Assembly: GCA_963754015.1 (NCBI GenBank)
Contig: CAVWEG010000008.1
Location: forward strand, 90,473-154,472
Source of the DNA: Candidatus Dormiibacterota bacterium
Lineage (GTDB): Bacteria > Chloroflexota > Dormibacteria > Aeolococcales > Aeolococcaceae
Length of the DNA stretch: 64,000 nucleotides
Direction: 5' to 3'
Shown here: one piece after another, positions 45,025 through 53,531 of the stretch
Layout of the letters: each line of letters begins with the position of its first letter
How positions within the stretch are numbered: position 1 is the stretch's first letter
The notes under the pieces: model-generated
The model's database searches: none
What the model saw: only the letters and a program-made list of their open reading frames with translations
Told to the model about the DNA's origin: nothing
Translations under genes and position numbers: made by a program

Positions 45025-45099
45025 CGGGAAGTAGCTCAGCCAGGTTAGAGTGCGCGGTTCGGGACCGCGAGGTCGGGAGTTCGAATCTCCCCTTCCCGA
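45025..45099 (+). tRNA. tRNA-Pro (anticodon CGG)
   Basis: Hand-folded cloverleaf. Acceptor CGGGAAG/CTTCCCG, D-arm GCTC..GAGT, anticodon stem CGCGG/CCGCG with loop TTCGGGA, T-arm GGGAG-TTCGAAT-CTCCC, discriminator A. No encoded CCA. Confidence 0.9.
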
Positions 45100-45187
45100 C
45101 AGTCGCGCATCGAATCCCTAAGGCCCACTCCGGGCCTGTCTCCCTGGAGCGGATCGGGTGCACAGCGAGGCGATAGCATAGCCGCGC

Positions 45188-45259
45188 GGCCCCGTAGCTC
45201 AGTGGATAGAGCAGAGGTTTCCTAAACCTTGTGCGCAGGTTCGATTCCTGCCGGGGCTA
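45188..45259 (+). tRNA. tRNA-Arg (anticodon CCT)
   Basis: Hand-folded cloverleaf. Acceptor GGCCCCG/CGGGGCT (G1-U72), D-arm GCTC-AGTGGATA-GAGC, anticodon stem GAGGT/ACCTT with loop TTCCTAA, T-arm GCAGG-TTCGATT-CCTGC, discriminator A. No encoded CCA. Confidence 0.9.
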
Positions 45260-45305
45260 CGGTCGTAGCTGCGATGATTCGTGTCGACATTTTGATGGAG
45301 ATGAC

Positions 45306-45902
45306 ATGAGTGAACAGGACGTCTTTGTGCTCGCCGATCGGGCGCTCAACCGAGTGGTCGAGCAGATCGCTGACGACCAATGGGATATGAAGATGCCGGC
45401 GAACTTTGCGCGCTCGGGCGATGCGGGAGATATTCCCTCGCTGCGCACGGTCATCGCATACCACGCGTTCGACGATGCGTGGGTGCCGGACATGCTCACC
45501 GGCCGGACGATCGACGAAATCGGGAAGACCAAATTCGAGGGTGACCTGCTCGGCACGGACCCCAAGACGGCATTTGCCGCGATCGTTGGCAAGGCGTGCG
45601 ACGCAGCGACGCACTTTGACGATCTGGACCGCACGGTGCACTGCTCGTTCGGGGACTTCTCCGCGCGCGAATACTTCTGGCAGACCAACATGTTTCGGGG
45701 CCTGCGCGCGTGGGAGATCGCCAAGGTGATCGGCGTCGATCCGACGCTGCCGGATGAGCTCGTGCAGGGGTTGTGGGACGAGTTGAGCCCGGTGGCGGAC
45801 TCATACCGGCAGTACGGCGTGTTCCCGGCGGCGATCCCTGTGCCGGAAGACGCGCCGCTGATGCAGCGGCTGCTCGGGCTCACCGGAAGAGACCCGGAAT
45901 GA
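45306..45902 (+). CDS. DinB-like / mycothiol-maleylpyruvate-isomerase-N-like (TIGR03086-type) protein
   Basis: 198 aa from ATG 45306 (GGAGA upstream). The helical bundle-like sequence with conserved His/Asp positions (AYHAFDDAW, RAWEIAKV) resembles the DinB/MDMPI_N superfamily. This is a weak, motif-level call. Confidence 0.5.
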   Translation: MSEQDVFVLADRALNRVVEQIADDQWDMKMPANFARSGDAGDIPSLRTVIAYHAFDDAWVPDMLTGRTIDEIGKTKFEGDLLGTDPKTAFAAIVGKACDAATHFDDLDRTVHCSFGDFSAREYFWQTNMFRGLRAWEIAKVIGVDPTLPDELVQGLWDELSPVADSYRQYGVFPAAIPVPEDAPLMQRLLGLTGRDPE

Positions 45903-46264
45903 TCGTCGCCGCTCACGCCATCCTCTACGCCGACGATCCCCAGGCTGCGAGAGCCTTCTTCCGCGACGTGCTCGACATGCCCAACGTCGACGCGCACGGT
46001 GGCTGGCTGATCTTCAAGCTCCCGCCCTCGGAGCTGGGCGTCCACCCGGCCGGTGAGGCGTCGCCGAGTGGTCATCACGAGCTGTTCCTTCTCTGCGATG
46101 ACGTCGACCAGACCGTCACCGACCTGACGGCGAAAGGCGCGGAGTTCACCGGCCCGGTGACGGAAACGCGCTTCGGCCGCCTCGTGCGGCTGCGCGTTCC
46201 CGGCGCCGGCGAGGTCGGCCTCTACCAGCCCTCACACGCCACTGCGTACAACCTCGAAGCCTGA
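45899..46264 (+). CDS. VOC (glyoxalase/bleomycin-resistance) family protein
   Basis: 121 aa. MIVAAHAILYADDPQAARAFFRDVL ... ELGVHP ... HELFLLCDD ... The ATG overlaps the upstream stop (ATGA). Confidence 0.75.
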   Translation: MIVAAHAILYADDPQAARAFFRDVLDMPNVDAHGGWLIFKLPPSELGVHPAGEASPSGHHELFLLCDDVDQTVTDLTAKGAEFTGPVTETRFGRLVRLRVPGAGEVGLYQPSHATAYNLEA

Positions 46265-46268
46265 GGTC

Positions 46269-47207
46269 ATGGGTCAGTACCATGACCTCATGAATTCCGA
46301 ACCCCTCCGCCAGATGATCGCGACCGCCGACGGGCGCCTGCTCGAGGTCGTCTCCGCAGGACCGGCGAACGGACGCTGCTTGCTCTGGCACAGCGGCACG
46401 CCGTCCTCGGCCGCCATCTTTCCTCCGTCGCTCGCGGCGGCGAGCGAACGAGGTCTCCGTTTCGTGACGTTCTCCCGGGCCGGGTATTCCACATCGACTC
46501 CCAACCCTGGCCGATCGATCGGCGATGTGGCGCACGACGTCACCACCATCCTCAACGAGCTCGGCATCGACTCCTTCTTCTGCGCAGGGCAATCCGGCGG
46601 CGGTCCCCACGCGCTGGCGTGCGCGGAGTTGCTGCCCGATCGGGTGCTCGCCACGGCAACCCTCGCAGGCGTCGCGCCGTGGCCCGCCGACGGGTTGGAC
46701 TGGTTCGCCGGCATGGGACCCGAGAACGTCGTCGAGTTCGAGGCGAGCATGAAGGGGCCGGAAGCGCTCACGCCCCTCCTCGAGCGCGAGGCTGCCGATC
46801 TGCGGGTCGTGGAGGCGGGTGCGGTGGCGGCATCGCTCGGTGGCCTCGTCAGCGACGTCGACAAACTGGCCCTCAGCGGTGACTACGCGGAGCACATGGC
46901 CGCCAGCTTTCACCGTGCCTTCTCCGTCAGCACCGCCGGGTGGCGCGACGACGACATCGCGTTCGTGCATCCCTGGGGATTCGACATCGGAGCAATCCGC
47001 ACCCCGGTTGCCATCTGGCAGGGGGGCGACGACCGGATGGTGCCCATGCAGCACGGCGTGTGGCTCGCGGCCCACATCCCCGGTGCGGAGCAGCATCTGC
47101 TTCCCGAGGAAGGCCACCTGTCCCTTGCCCTGAACAAGTTCGGTGATGTCCTCGACGGATTGCTGTCGATGGCAGACACTGCACGCAACGCAGCCCCCGC
47201 TTCGTGA
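46269..47207 (+). CDS. alpha/beta hydrolase fold protein
   Basis: Nucleophile elbow GQSGG. Late acid/His region (GGDDRMVP ... EEGHLS). Confidence 0.8.
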   Translation: MGQYHDLMNSEPLRQMIATADGRLLEVVSAGPANGRCLLWHSGTPSSAAIFPPSLAAASERGLRFVTFSRAGYSTSTPNPGRSIGDVAHDVTTILNELGIDSFFCAGQSGGGPHALACAELLPDRVLATATLAGVAPWPADGLDWFAGMGPENVVEFEASMKGPEALTPLLEREAADLRVVEAGAVAASLGGLVSDVDKLALSGDYAEHMAASFHRAFSVSTAGWRDDDIAFVHPWGFDIGAIRTPVAIWQGGDDRMVPMQHGVWLAAHIPGAEQHLLPEEGHLSLALNKFGDVLDGLLSMADTARNAAPAS

Positions 47208-47213
47208 ACGCCG

Positions 47214-47219
47214 TATAGT
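47214..47219 (+). promoter_or_regulatory. putative -10 hexamer TATAGT for the SH3b-domain gene
   Basis: TATAGT lies 38 nt upstream of ATG 47258. The leader contains GAGGAGAGGAGA. Confidence 0.35.
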
Positions 47220-47257
47220 CGCCCCCATTCTTCGAGGACGAGGAGAGGAGATCACCC

Positions 47258-48253
47258 ATGCCATCTTCCGATGAGGTCAAGCAGAGCATCACCAACTGGT
47301 GCTCGTCCGATGACGACCTGGAAATCACGTCCGATCGCTTCGAGCCGGGCACCGATTTTGCTTTTGGGCTGAAGTCGGGGACGCTCAGCAGCTCGCCTGT
47401 CGACCTCGTCGTTCTGCAGGACGCCGGTGCCGATCGCGTGACGATCCGCCGGAGCATGACCATCAGCGGTGACAACGTCAGCGCCGCCAATCAACTCATC
47501 GCGTCGAGGCCCGGCTCGGTGACCGGGGCGGTCGAGCGATTGGGTGGCGACACGAGCGTCGTCGCGCAGACGTACGTCTATCTCGATGGGCTCAGCAAGC
47601 ACACCTTCGTACAGGCTGTCGCAGAGCTCGCGCGCACCAGCACGCTGCTCGACGCGATCAGCCCCGAGGTGGCGGCGACCGACGACGACACCGTCCTCGC
47701 GGACATGCCGGACGATGGCACCACGACCGACTCCGTCTCGGACACCGAGGCTGCAGCCGCCACTGACGACGGCTCGGCGGCCATTGCCGCTGCAGCAGGA
47801 TCGGGCTCCGTTGCCGCAGACGTGACCGGCAGCCCGACCCCCGCGATGAGCGATCCAAGTCCGCAGGTGGTTCCGCAACCGGTTCCGACCCCGACGGCCG
47901 TCCCCACCCCGGTGCCTCTGCCGCAACCGAGCTTCACCCCGCAGCCGGCGCAGCCCGTAATGGCACAGCCCACATACACCCCGCAGCCGGCGCAGCAGCC
48001 CTACCAGCCGCAGCCGGTTCAGGCACAGCCGGCTCCGCAGCCGGCCGCGCCGCAGTGGGCGCCGAGCCACTCCGTGCCGCCGCAGGGTCTTCGGGCCTGG
48101 GGCGCGCCTGATCCGGCCGGCCCCGTGGTCGCCAACCTGGCGCCCGGGCTGCCCATCCAGGTGGCGGAGGTGCGCGGCGCATGGGCACGCGTGATCTGCT
48201 CGAATGGCTGGACGGGTTGGATCGACGGGCGAATCATCGGCGTCGCTGCCTGA
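47258..48253 (+). CDS. hypothetical protein: unassigned N-terminal domain, Pro/Gln-rich repeat linker, C-terminal bacterial SH3 (SH3b) domain
   Basis: No signal peptide. A ~135-aa N-terminal domain of unknown family. An acidic then PQP-repeat linker (TPQPAQPVMAQPTYTPQPAQQPYQPQPVQAQPAPQP). The C-terminal LRAWGAPDPAGPVVANLAPGLPIQVAEVRGAWARVICSNGWTGWIDGRII matches the SH3_3 pattern. Confidence 0.7.
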   Translation: MPSSDEVKQSITNWCSSDDDLEITSDRFEPGTDFAFGLKSGTLSSSPVDLVVLQDAGADRVTIRRSMTISGDNVSAANQLIASRPGSVTGAVERLGGDTSVVAQTYVYLDGLSKHTFVQAVAELARTSTLLDAISPEVAATDDDTVLADMPDDGTTTDSVSDTEAAAATDDGSAAIAAAAGSGSVAADVTGSPTPAMSDPSPQVVPQPVPTPTAVPTPVPLPQPSFTPQPAQPVMAQPTYTPQPAQQPYQPQPVQAQPAPQPAAPQWAPSHSVPPQGLRAWGAPDPAGPVVANLAPGLPIQVAEVRGAWARVICSNGWTGWIDGRIIGVAA

Positions 48254-48289
48254 CGGTCACTCGGGGATGAGCACCGGCGCGGACGACCG

Positions 48290-49864
48290 GTGACCGAGAC
48301 GCCGGAGGCGCCCGGGCTCGACGAGCTGACCGCTGCGCTGAACGCGCGGCGCGAGCGCTCGCGCGCCATGGGCGGCTCCGAGCGTATCGAGCAGCAGCAC
48401 AGCCGGCACAAGCTCACCGCGCGCGAGCGCATCGATCTGCTGTTCGACGCAGGGACGTTCGTGGAGTTCGGCGTCCTCGCGCACCAGCAGTCGATGACCG
48501 GAGGCGCGACGGATCCCGAACGCACGCCGGCCGACGGCGTGGTGACCGGTGAAGGGCTCGTCGACGGCAGGCGTGTGTACTGCGCGGCGTATGACTTCAC
48601 CGTCATGGCCGGGTCGATGGGCATGATCGGCGAGCACAAGGTGGCGCGCCTCCGCAAGAAGGCGCTGCTCAACCGTCTTCCGATGATCTGGCTGCTCGAC
48701 TCCGCCGGTGCCCGGATCCAGGAGGCGGCCGGCAGCACGTTCGCGGGCAGCGGGGCGCTGTTCTTCGAGCAGGTGCAGATGAGCGGCGTCGTGCCGCAGG
48801 TGGCGGCGATGCTCGGTCCCTGCGCGGCCGGCACCGCATACATCCCGGGCCTTGCCGACTACGTCCCGATGGTCAAGGAGACGAGCAGCATGTCGCTCGG
48901 CGGTGCGCGTCTCGTCAAGGCCGCGACCGGGGAGGAGACGACCGACCACGAGATGGGCGGCAGCCAGGTCCACTGCTACGTCAGCGGAGTCGGGGATCTC
49001 GAGGTGGACGACGATCCCGCGTGCCTCGCGGCCGTCCGTGAGTTCCTCTCATTCCTCCCCTCCAGCAATCGCGAGACGCCGCCCCGGCGCGAGACCGCGG
49101 ATCCGCGCGATCGCCGTGTCGACGGTCTCGCCAAACTGGTGCCGACGAACCCGCGCACCACGTACGACATGCGCAAGGTGATCCAGCGTCTCGCCGATGA
49201 TGGACACGTCTTCGAGATCAAGCCGACGTTCGCGCGCAACATCATCACCGCGTTCGCGCGCTTCGACGGACGCAGCGCCGGCATCGTCGCCAGCCAGCCG
49301 ATGATCAAGGGTGGCGCGCTCGACATCGACGCCGCCGACAAGGCCGCGCGCTTCGTCTGGCTCTGCGACGCCTTCAACGTCCCGCTCGTCTTCCTGCAGG
49401 ACGTTCCCGGCTTTATCGTCGGCACCGAGGTCGAGAAGCAGGGAATCATCCGCCATGGCGCCAAGATGCTCTTTGCCGTCAGCGAGGCTACGGTGCCGAA
49501 GATAACCGTGGTGCTGCGCAAGGCATACGGCGCCGGGTACTACGTGATGTGTGGCCGCGGCTACGAGCCCGACACGCTCGTTGCGTGGCCGACCGCCGAG
49601 ATCTCGGTGATGGGTCCGGAGGGCGCGGTCGACATCATCTTCACGAAACAGATCGCGGCGGCCGAGGATCCCGCGGCAGCGCGTGCCGCGTTCGCCGATA
49701 CCGTCCGCGAGACCATCGATCCGTTCATCGCCGCATCCTGGGCGATGGTGGACGACATCATCGACCCGGCCGACACGCGAAAGGTCATCATCGAAGCTCT
49801 CGAGGGAGCCGAGACGAAACGGCAGCGACGCGCCTGGCGCAAGCACGGCGTGCCACCGGTGTGA
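48290..49864 (+). CDS. acyl-CoA carboxylase carboxyltransferase subunit (second paralogue)
   Basis: [68 protein letters not shown]. Confidence 0.9.
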   Translation: MTETPEAPGLDELTAALNARRERSRAMGGSERIEQQHSRHKLTARERIDLLFDAGTFVEFGVLAHQQSMTGGATDPERTPADGVVTGEGLVDGRRVYCAAYDFTVMAGSMGMIGEHKVARLRKKALLNRLPMIWLLDSAGARIQEAAGSTFAGSGALFFEQVQMSGVVPQVAAMLGPCAAGTAYIPGLADYVPMVKETSSMSLGGARLVKAATGEETTDHEMGGSQVHCYVSGVGDLEVDDDPACLAAVREFLSFLPSSNRETPPRRETADPRDRRVDGLAKLVPTNPRTTYDMRKVIQRLADDGHVFEIKPTFARNIITAFARFDGRSAGIVASQPMIKGGALDIDAADKAARFVWLCDAFNVPLVFLQDVPGFIVGTEVEKQGIIRHGAKMLFAVSEATVPKITVVLRKAYGAGYYVMCGRGYEPDTLVAWPTAEISVMGPEGAVDIIFTKQIAAAEDPAAARAAFADTVRETIDPFIAASWAMVDDIIDPADTRKVIIEALEGAETKRQRRAWRKHGVPPV

Positions 49865-49874
49865 GGAGGGCAAC

Positions 49875-50087
49875 GTGGCAGAAGTGAAGGCCGAACTGGT
49901 CGGCAATCTCTGGAAGATCGTCGTCGAGGTCGGACAGGCCGTCGAGGAAGACGACACGCTGATGATCCTGGAGTCCATGAAGATGGAGATCCCGATCACG
50001 ACGCCGATCTCCGGGACCGTGACCCAGATCCTCGTCGCCGAAGGTCAGGTGGTCCAGGAGGGTCAGACCGTCGCCGTCGTGGAGTGA
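49875..50087 (+). CDS. biotin carboxyl carrier (biotinyl/lipoyl attachment) mini-protein, 70 aa
   Basis: The GTG at 49875 has GAGGAGGG 4-5 nt upstream. The biotinylation motif ESMKMEIP is flanked by the usual beta-hammerhead sequence (GQAVEEDDTLMILE...GTVTQILVAEGQVVQEGQTVAVVE). Confidence 0.85.
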   Translation: MAEVKAELVGNLWKIVVEVGQAVEEDDTLMILESMKMEIPITTPISGTVTQILVAEGQVVQEGQTVAVVE

Positions 50088-50138
50088 CCGTCTCGCGACG
50101 GTGAGAGCAGTCGCTCGCGCGCGTGCGACGATCACTCG

Positions 50139-50909
50139 GTGACCCAACTCGACACGATCAGCGTCAAGACGTCGGACAACGTCACGCTGGGCTACACGAT
50201 CGCGGGCGTCGGCAGCCGGATCGTGGCGCAGATCCTCGACAACCTCGTCGCCATACCGCTGACGGTCGTCGCAGTGCTCCTTGCGGGAAGCCTCGCGAGT
50301 GTCTTTGTCACCTCCAGCGAGGGAGCGGACTTCGCCAACGGCGCGATCGGGATCTTTGCGTTCTTTGTGTACTTCGGCTATTTCCTCGTCTCCGAGGCCG
50401 TGACCTCGGGCAAGACTCCCGGCAAGAGCGCGATGGGATTGCGTGTGATCCGTGTCGACGGATCGGCCGTCGATTTCGGTGCGGTGGCGGTGCGCAACCT
50501 CGTTCGCGTCATCGATTTCTCTGTGGTGCTCATCGGCCTCGTGGTGATGTTCTTCCAGCCGCAGACACGCCGCCTCGGCGACCTCGCCGCGGGGACCGTT
50601 GTGGTGCGGGACCGCACCCTGATCACGCTCGCTGCCGCAACCGCCCCGCCGCCGATCATCCTTCGGACGCCGGACGCGGGCCCGGGCATCGACGGCATCG
50701 AGCGTCTCGGCACCTTCGAGCGCGACGCGCTGCGCGTGTTCCTGGCGCGTCCAGGGTTGAGCCCCGCGCTGCGCGCCAGCCTCTGCGCCGACATCGCCAA
50801 ACGCATGATGGAGCGGCTCGCCCTGCCCGCCGACGCACCGGAGCGGCGTTGGCCGCCGGAGCTGTTCATCGAGCGGGTATACCTGCAACTCGACCAGCGC
50901 CTGCAGTGA
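50139..50909 (+). CDS. RDD family membrane protein
   Basis: GSRIVAQILDNLV, TSGKTPGKSAMGLRV and RRLGDLAAGTVVV are the R-D-D family hallmarks. A soluble C-terminal extension of ~90 aa follows. Confidence 0.8.
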   Translation: MTQLDTISVKTSDNVTLGYTIAGVGSRIVAQILDNLVAIPLTVVAVLLAGSLASVFVTSSEGADFANGAIGIFAFFVYFGYFLVSEAVTSGKTPGKSAMGLRVIRVDGSAVDFGAVAVRNLVRVIDFSVVLIGLVVMFFQPQTRRLGDLAAGTVVVRDRTLITLAAATAPPPIILRTPDAGPGIDGIERLGTFERDALRVFLARPGLSPALRASLCADIAKRMMERLALPADAPERRWPPELFIERVYLQLDQRLQ

Positions 50910-51898
50910 ATCTCGACGCGTTCATCGCCGAGCGCCAGGGGCGCTGGGCAGCGTTGGAAGCAGCGATCAAAACGGCGCGACGCGGACGGCTGCGCACGCA
51001 ATCCGCGAGCGATATCGAACGCTTCGGCCTCTTGCTGCGTCAGGCGTCGAGCGACCTCGCGATCGCGCGCCGCGACCATCCCGATGCACCAATCACGGAG
51101 TATCTGAACACGCTCTGCGCCCGAGCGCATCCGCTCCTCTACCGCGGCACGCCGATGCGGGTGGGCTCGATCGGGCGATTCTTTGCAACCGCGCTGCCGC
51201 GGTCGTTCCGTGCGGCCTGGCCGTACATCACTGCGAGTCTGCTGTTGATGCTGATCGGCTTCGTCGCAGGGTGGATCGCCGTCGACGTCCGTCCTGACCT
51301 GCGCTCGTCGCTTGTACCGCCGTCACTGTTCGACGAGATGGCGCGCGGTCAGATCAGTACGGGCGTGCAGGACGCGCCGTTCGCCGCCGCATTCATCATC
51401 CAGAACAACATCCGCGTTGCACTCATCTGCTTCGCCGGCGGCGTGTTTCTCGGTATCCCGACAGCGTTCGTGCTGCTCAGCAACGGGTGGATGCTCGGCA
51501 CGGTCGCGGCTGCGGTTCGCCTCGGCGGCTACGACTTCCAGTTCTGGTCGCTGATCCTTCCCCATGGCGTGCTCGAGCTCAGCGTCATCGTGATCAGCGG
51601 GGGCACGGGGCTCATGCTCGGCGACGCAATCCTGCGACCCGGGCAGCTACGCCGGGGCGAAGCGCTCGCCCGAGTCTCGAGGCACGCCGTCATGCTCGTG
51701 CTCGGTGCCGCGAGCCTGCTGGTGATCGCCGGCACGCTCGAGGCATTCGTTTCCCCGTCAGGGCTTCCCGACGGCGCAAAGCTCGCGATCGGTGTGACGG
51801 TCGGGGTACTGCTGTATTCGTGGCTGCTGCTTGCCGGCCGGACTCCGCACCGGCGCCGGTCATTCGCGTTCGACCGTCCCGCGGAAACGCCCGCGTAG
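50906..51898 (+). CDS. DUF95 / SpoIIM-like integral membrane protein
   Basis: The GTG at 50906 overlaps the RDD stop (GTGA). FIIQNNIRVALICFAGGVFLGIPTAFVLLSNGWMLG and LPHGVLELSVIVISGGTG match the SpoIIM/DUF95 pattern. Confidence 0.75.
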   Translation: MNLDAFIAERQGRWAALEAAIKTARRGRLRTQSASDIERFGLLLRQASSDLAIARRDHPDAPITEYLNTLCARAHPLLYRGTPMRVGSIGRFFATALPRSFRAAWPYITASLLLMLIGFVAGWIAVDVRPDLRSSLVPPSLFDEMARGQISTGVQDAPFAAAFIIQNNIRVALICFAGGVFLGIPTAFVLLSNGWMLGTVAAAVRLGGYDFQFWSLILPHGVLELSVIVISGGTGLMLGDAILRPGQLRRGEALARVSRHAVMLVLGAASLLVIAGTLEAFVSPSGLPDGAKLAIGVTVGVLLYSWLLLAGRTPHRRRSFAFDRPAETPA

Positions 51899-51908
51899 AC
51901 TGGATTCC

Positions 51909-52784
51909 ATGGAGGTCGTTCGGATCACCCCGCGGGGGTACTGCCACGGCGTCGTCGAGGCGATCCGGATCGCCAAGCGGGAAGGGGCGGCGCGCTCGGG
52001 CACCGAGAAGGTGACGATGCTCGGGTACCTCGTCCACAACGAGCACGTCACCCGCGAGCTCGAGGAATCGGGCGTTGCGCTCGTCTCCGAAAGCGATCGA
52101 ATGAAGGCGCTCGATCAGGTCGCCGAAGGCACCGTCATCTTCACGGCGCACGGCATCTCGCCGGCAGTCGTCGACGCGGCGCGCGCTCGCGGCCTCAATG
52201 TGGTCGACGCAACCTGCAGCGACGTCACGCGCACCCACGACCTCGTCCGCGAGCTGGTGGGCAGCGGGCACCACGTCATCTACATCGGCAAGCGCGGCCA
52301 CCCCGAGCCCGCCGGCGTAATGGGCATTGCGCCTGAGCACACGACGCTTGTCGAGAGCCTCGAGGAGGCGGACGCGGTCAATCCGCCCGACGGACGGCCG
52401 CTCGCGGTCACCTGCCAGACGACTCTGAGCATGTGGGACACGCAGGCGATCATCGATCGCCTGGTCGAACGCTTCCCCACCATCGCCGTCCACAACGAGA
52501 TCTGCCGCGCCACCCAGGAGCGGCAGGAAGCTGCGGTCATCGCGGCCGACGATGTCGAGTGCGTCGTCGTGGTCGGCAGTGCGCGCAGCAGCAACAGTCA
52601 GCGTCTGGTGCAGGTGGTTCGCGAGAAGGGGCACAAGCCGGCGTACCTCGTCGACACGGCCGCCGACATCGACCCCAGCTGGTTCAAGGGCATGCACCGT
52701 ATCGGAGTCACCTCCGGCGCCTCAACTCCGACCCAGATCACCCGGGGGGTCATCGCGGCCCTGGAGGCGATGCCCGCAGCCTGA
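51909..52784 (+). CDS. ispH: 4-hydroxy-3-methylbut-2-enyl diphosphate reductase
   Basis: PRGYCHGVVEAI (first cluster Cys), DATCSDVTRTH, HNEICRATQERQ, VVGSARSSNSQRL, GVTSGASTP. Confidence 0.95.
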   Translation: MEVVRITPRGYCHGVVEAIRIAKREGAARSGTEKVTMLGYLVHNEHVTRELEESGVALVSESDRMKALDQVAEGTVIFTAHGISPAVVDAARARGLNVVDATCSDVTRTHDLVRELVGSGHHVIYIGKRGHPEPAGVMGIAPEHTTLVESLEEADAVNPPDGRPLAVTCQTTLSMWDTQAIIDRLVERFPTIAVHNEICRATQERQEAAVIAADDVECVVVVGSARSSNSQRLVQVVREKGHKPAYLVDTAADIDPSWFKGMHRIGVTSGASTPTQITRGVIAALEAMPAA

Positions 52785-52855
52785 GTCACGTTTCGGCTGC
52801 ATGAGTCACAAACGCGGCGTGCCTGCTACTGTCGTGCCGAAGTGGTGCCGTCGAG

Positions 52856-53476
52856 ATGACTTCAGGAGGGCAACTCCCGCCGCCTGTGCCGCCGGGGCCA
52901 TGGGCCGGGGGACAGTTCCCGCCGTCACCGTATCTCCCGCCGCCTCCGCCTGCATATCCCGTCGCGTATTCCGGCGGTCCGCCGCACACGGGACCTGCTC
53001 CCGGAATCGGCTATGCGGGCTTCTGGATACGTTTCGTCGCTGCGGTGATCGACGGCATCATCATCGGCGTCCCAGTCCTGATCGTCTTCTTCGTGACCCA
53101 GGGCTCGACCCTGACGTCGTACACGACATGCCTGAACAACGCAATCGCAACGGGCGCTTACGCGGGAACCTGCGGCACCACGTTCAGCGGCTCACTCGCC
53201 CTCTTTGAGCTCGTCGCCTTCGCCGTTGAGGGCGTGTACTTCGTCGTCCTCTGGTCACAGCTGGGTGGGACGCTCGGTCAGCGGCTGCTCGGTCTGCATG
53301 TCGTCGACGCCGCGACGGGGAAGCACATCGGCGTCGGCCGAGCGATCGGCCGTTTCATCGGCTATCTGATCAGCTCGATCGTCCTGTCTATCGGCCTCAT
53401 CTGGGCTGCGTTCGACCCGCGGAAGCAAGGCTGGCACGACAAGATGGCCAGCACGTTCGTGGTCCGCAAAGTCTAG
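52856..53476 (+). CDS. RDD family membrane protein with a Pro-rich N-terminus
   Basis: N-terminal ~50 aa are Pro-rich (PPPVPPGPW...PPPPPAYP). Then GFWIRFVAAVIDGIII, GGTLGQRLLGLHVVD and QGWHDKMASTFVV (RDD hallmarks). Confidence 0.8.
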   Translation: MTSGGQLPPPVPPGPWAGGQFPPSPYLPPPPPAYPVAYSGGPPHTGPAPGIGYAGFWIRFVAAVIDGIIIGVPVLIVFFVTQGSTLTSYTTCLNNAIATGAYAGTCGTTFSGSLALFELVAFAVEGVYFVVLWSQLGGTLGQRLLGLHVVDAATGKHIGVGRAIGRFIGYLISSIVLSIGLIWAAFDPRKQGWHDKMASTFVVRKV

Positions 53477-53531
53477 AATCCGGCAACCGTCCTCGCGAGT
53501 CGCGACGGCAACCTTGAGGAGGAGAGCAATC

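Noticed and set aside
47870-48060. Tandem-looking DNA repeats (CCGCAGCCGG units) that could suggest a repeat array
   Set aside because: They are in frame within the 47258..48253 gene and encode the PQP-rich linker. Spacing is irregular, so this is not CRISPR-like.
45025-48253. Possible genomic island integrated at the tRNA-Pro/tRNA-Arg pair (DinB-like, VOC, hydrolase, SH3b genes downstream)
   Set aside because: There is no integrase, no direct repeat of a tRNA 3' end, and no visible composition shift. The genes are ordinary accessory metabolism genes coupled by ATGA overlaps.
50085-50135. Hairpins after the mini-BCCP stop (ACCGTC-TCGC-GACGGT and GTCGC...GCGAC) as a rho-independent terminator
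   Set aside because: The stems are short, with no following U-tract. Similar GC hairpins are frequent in this sequence.
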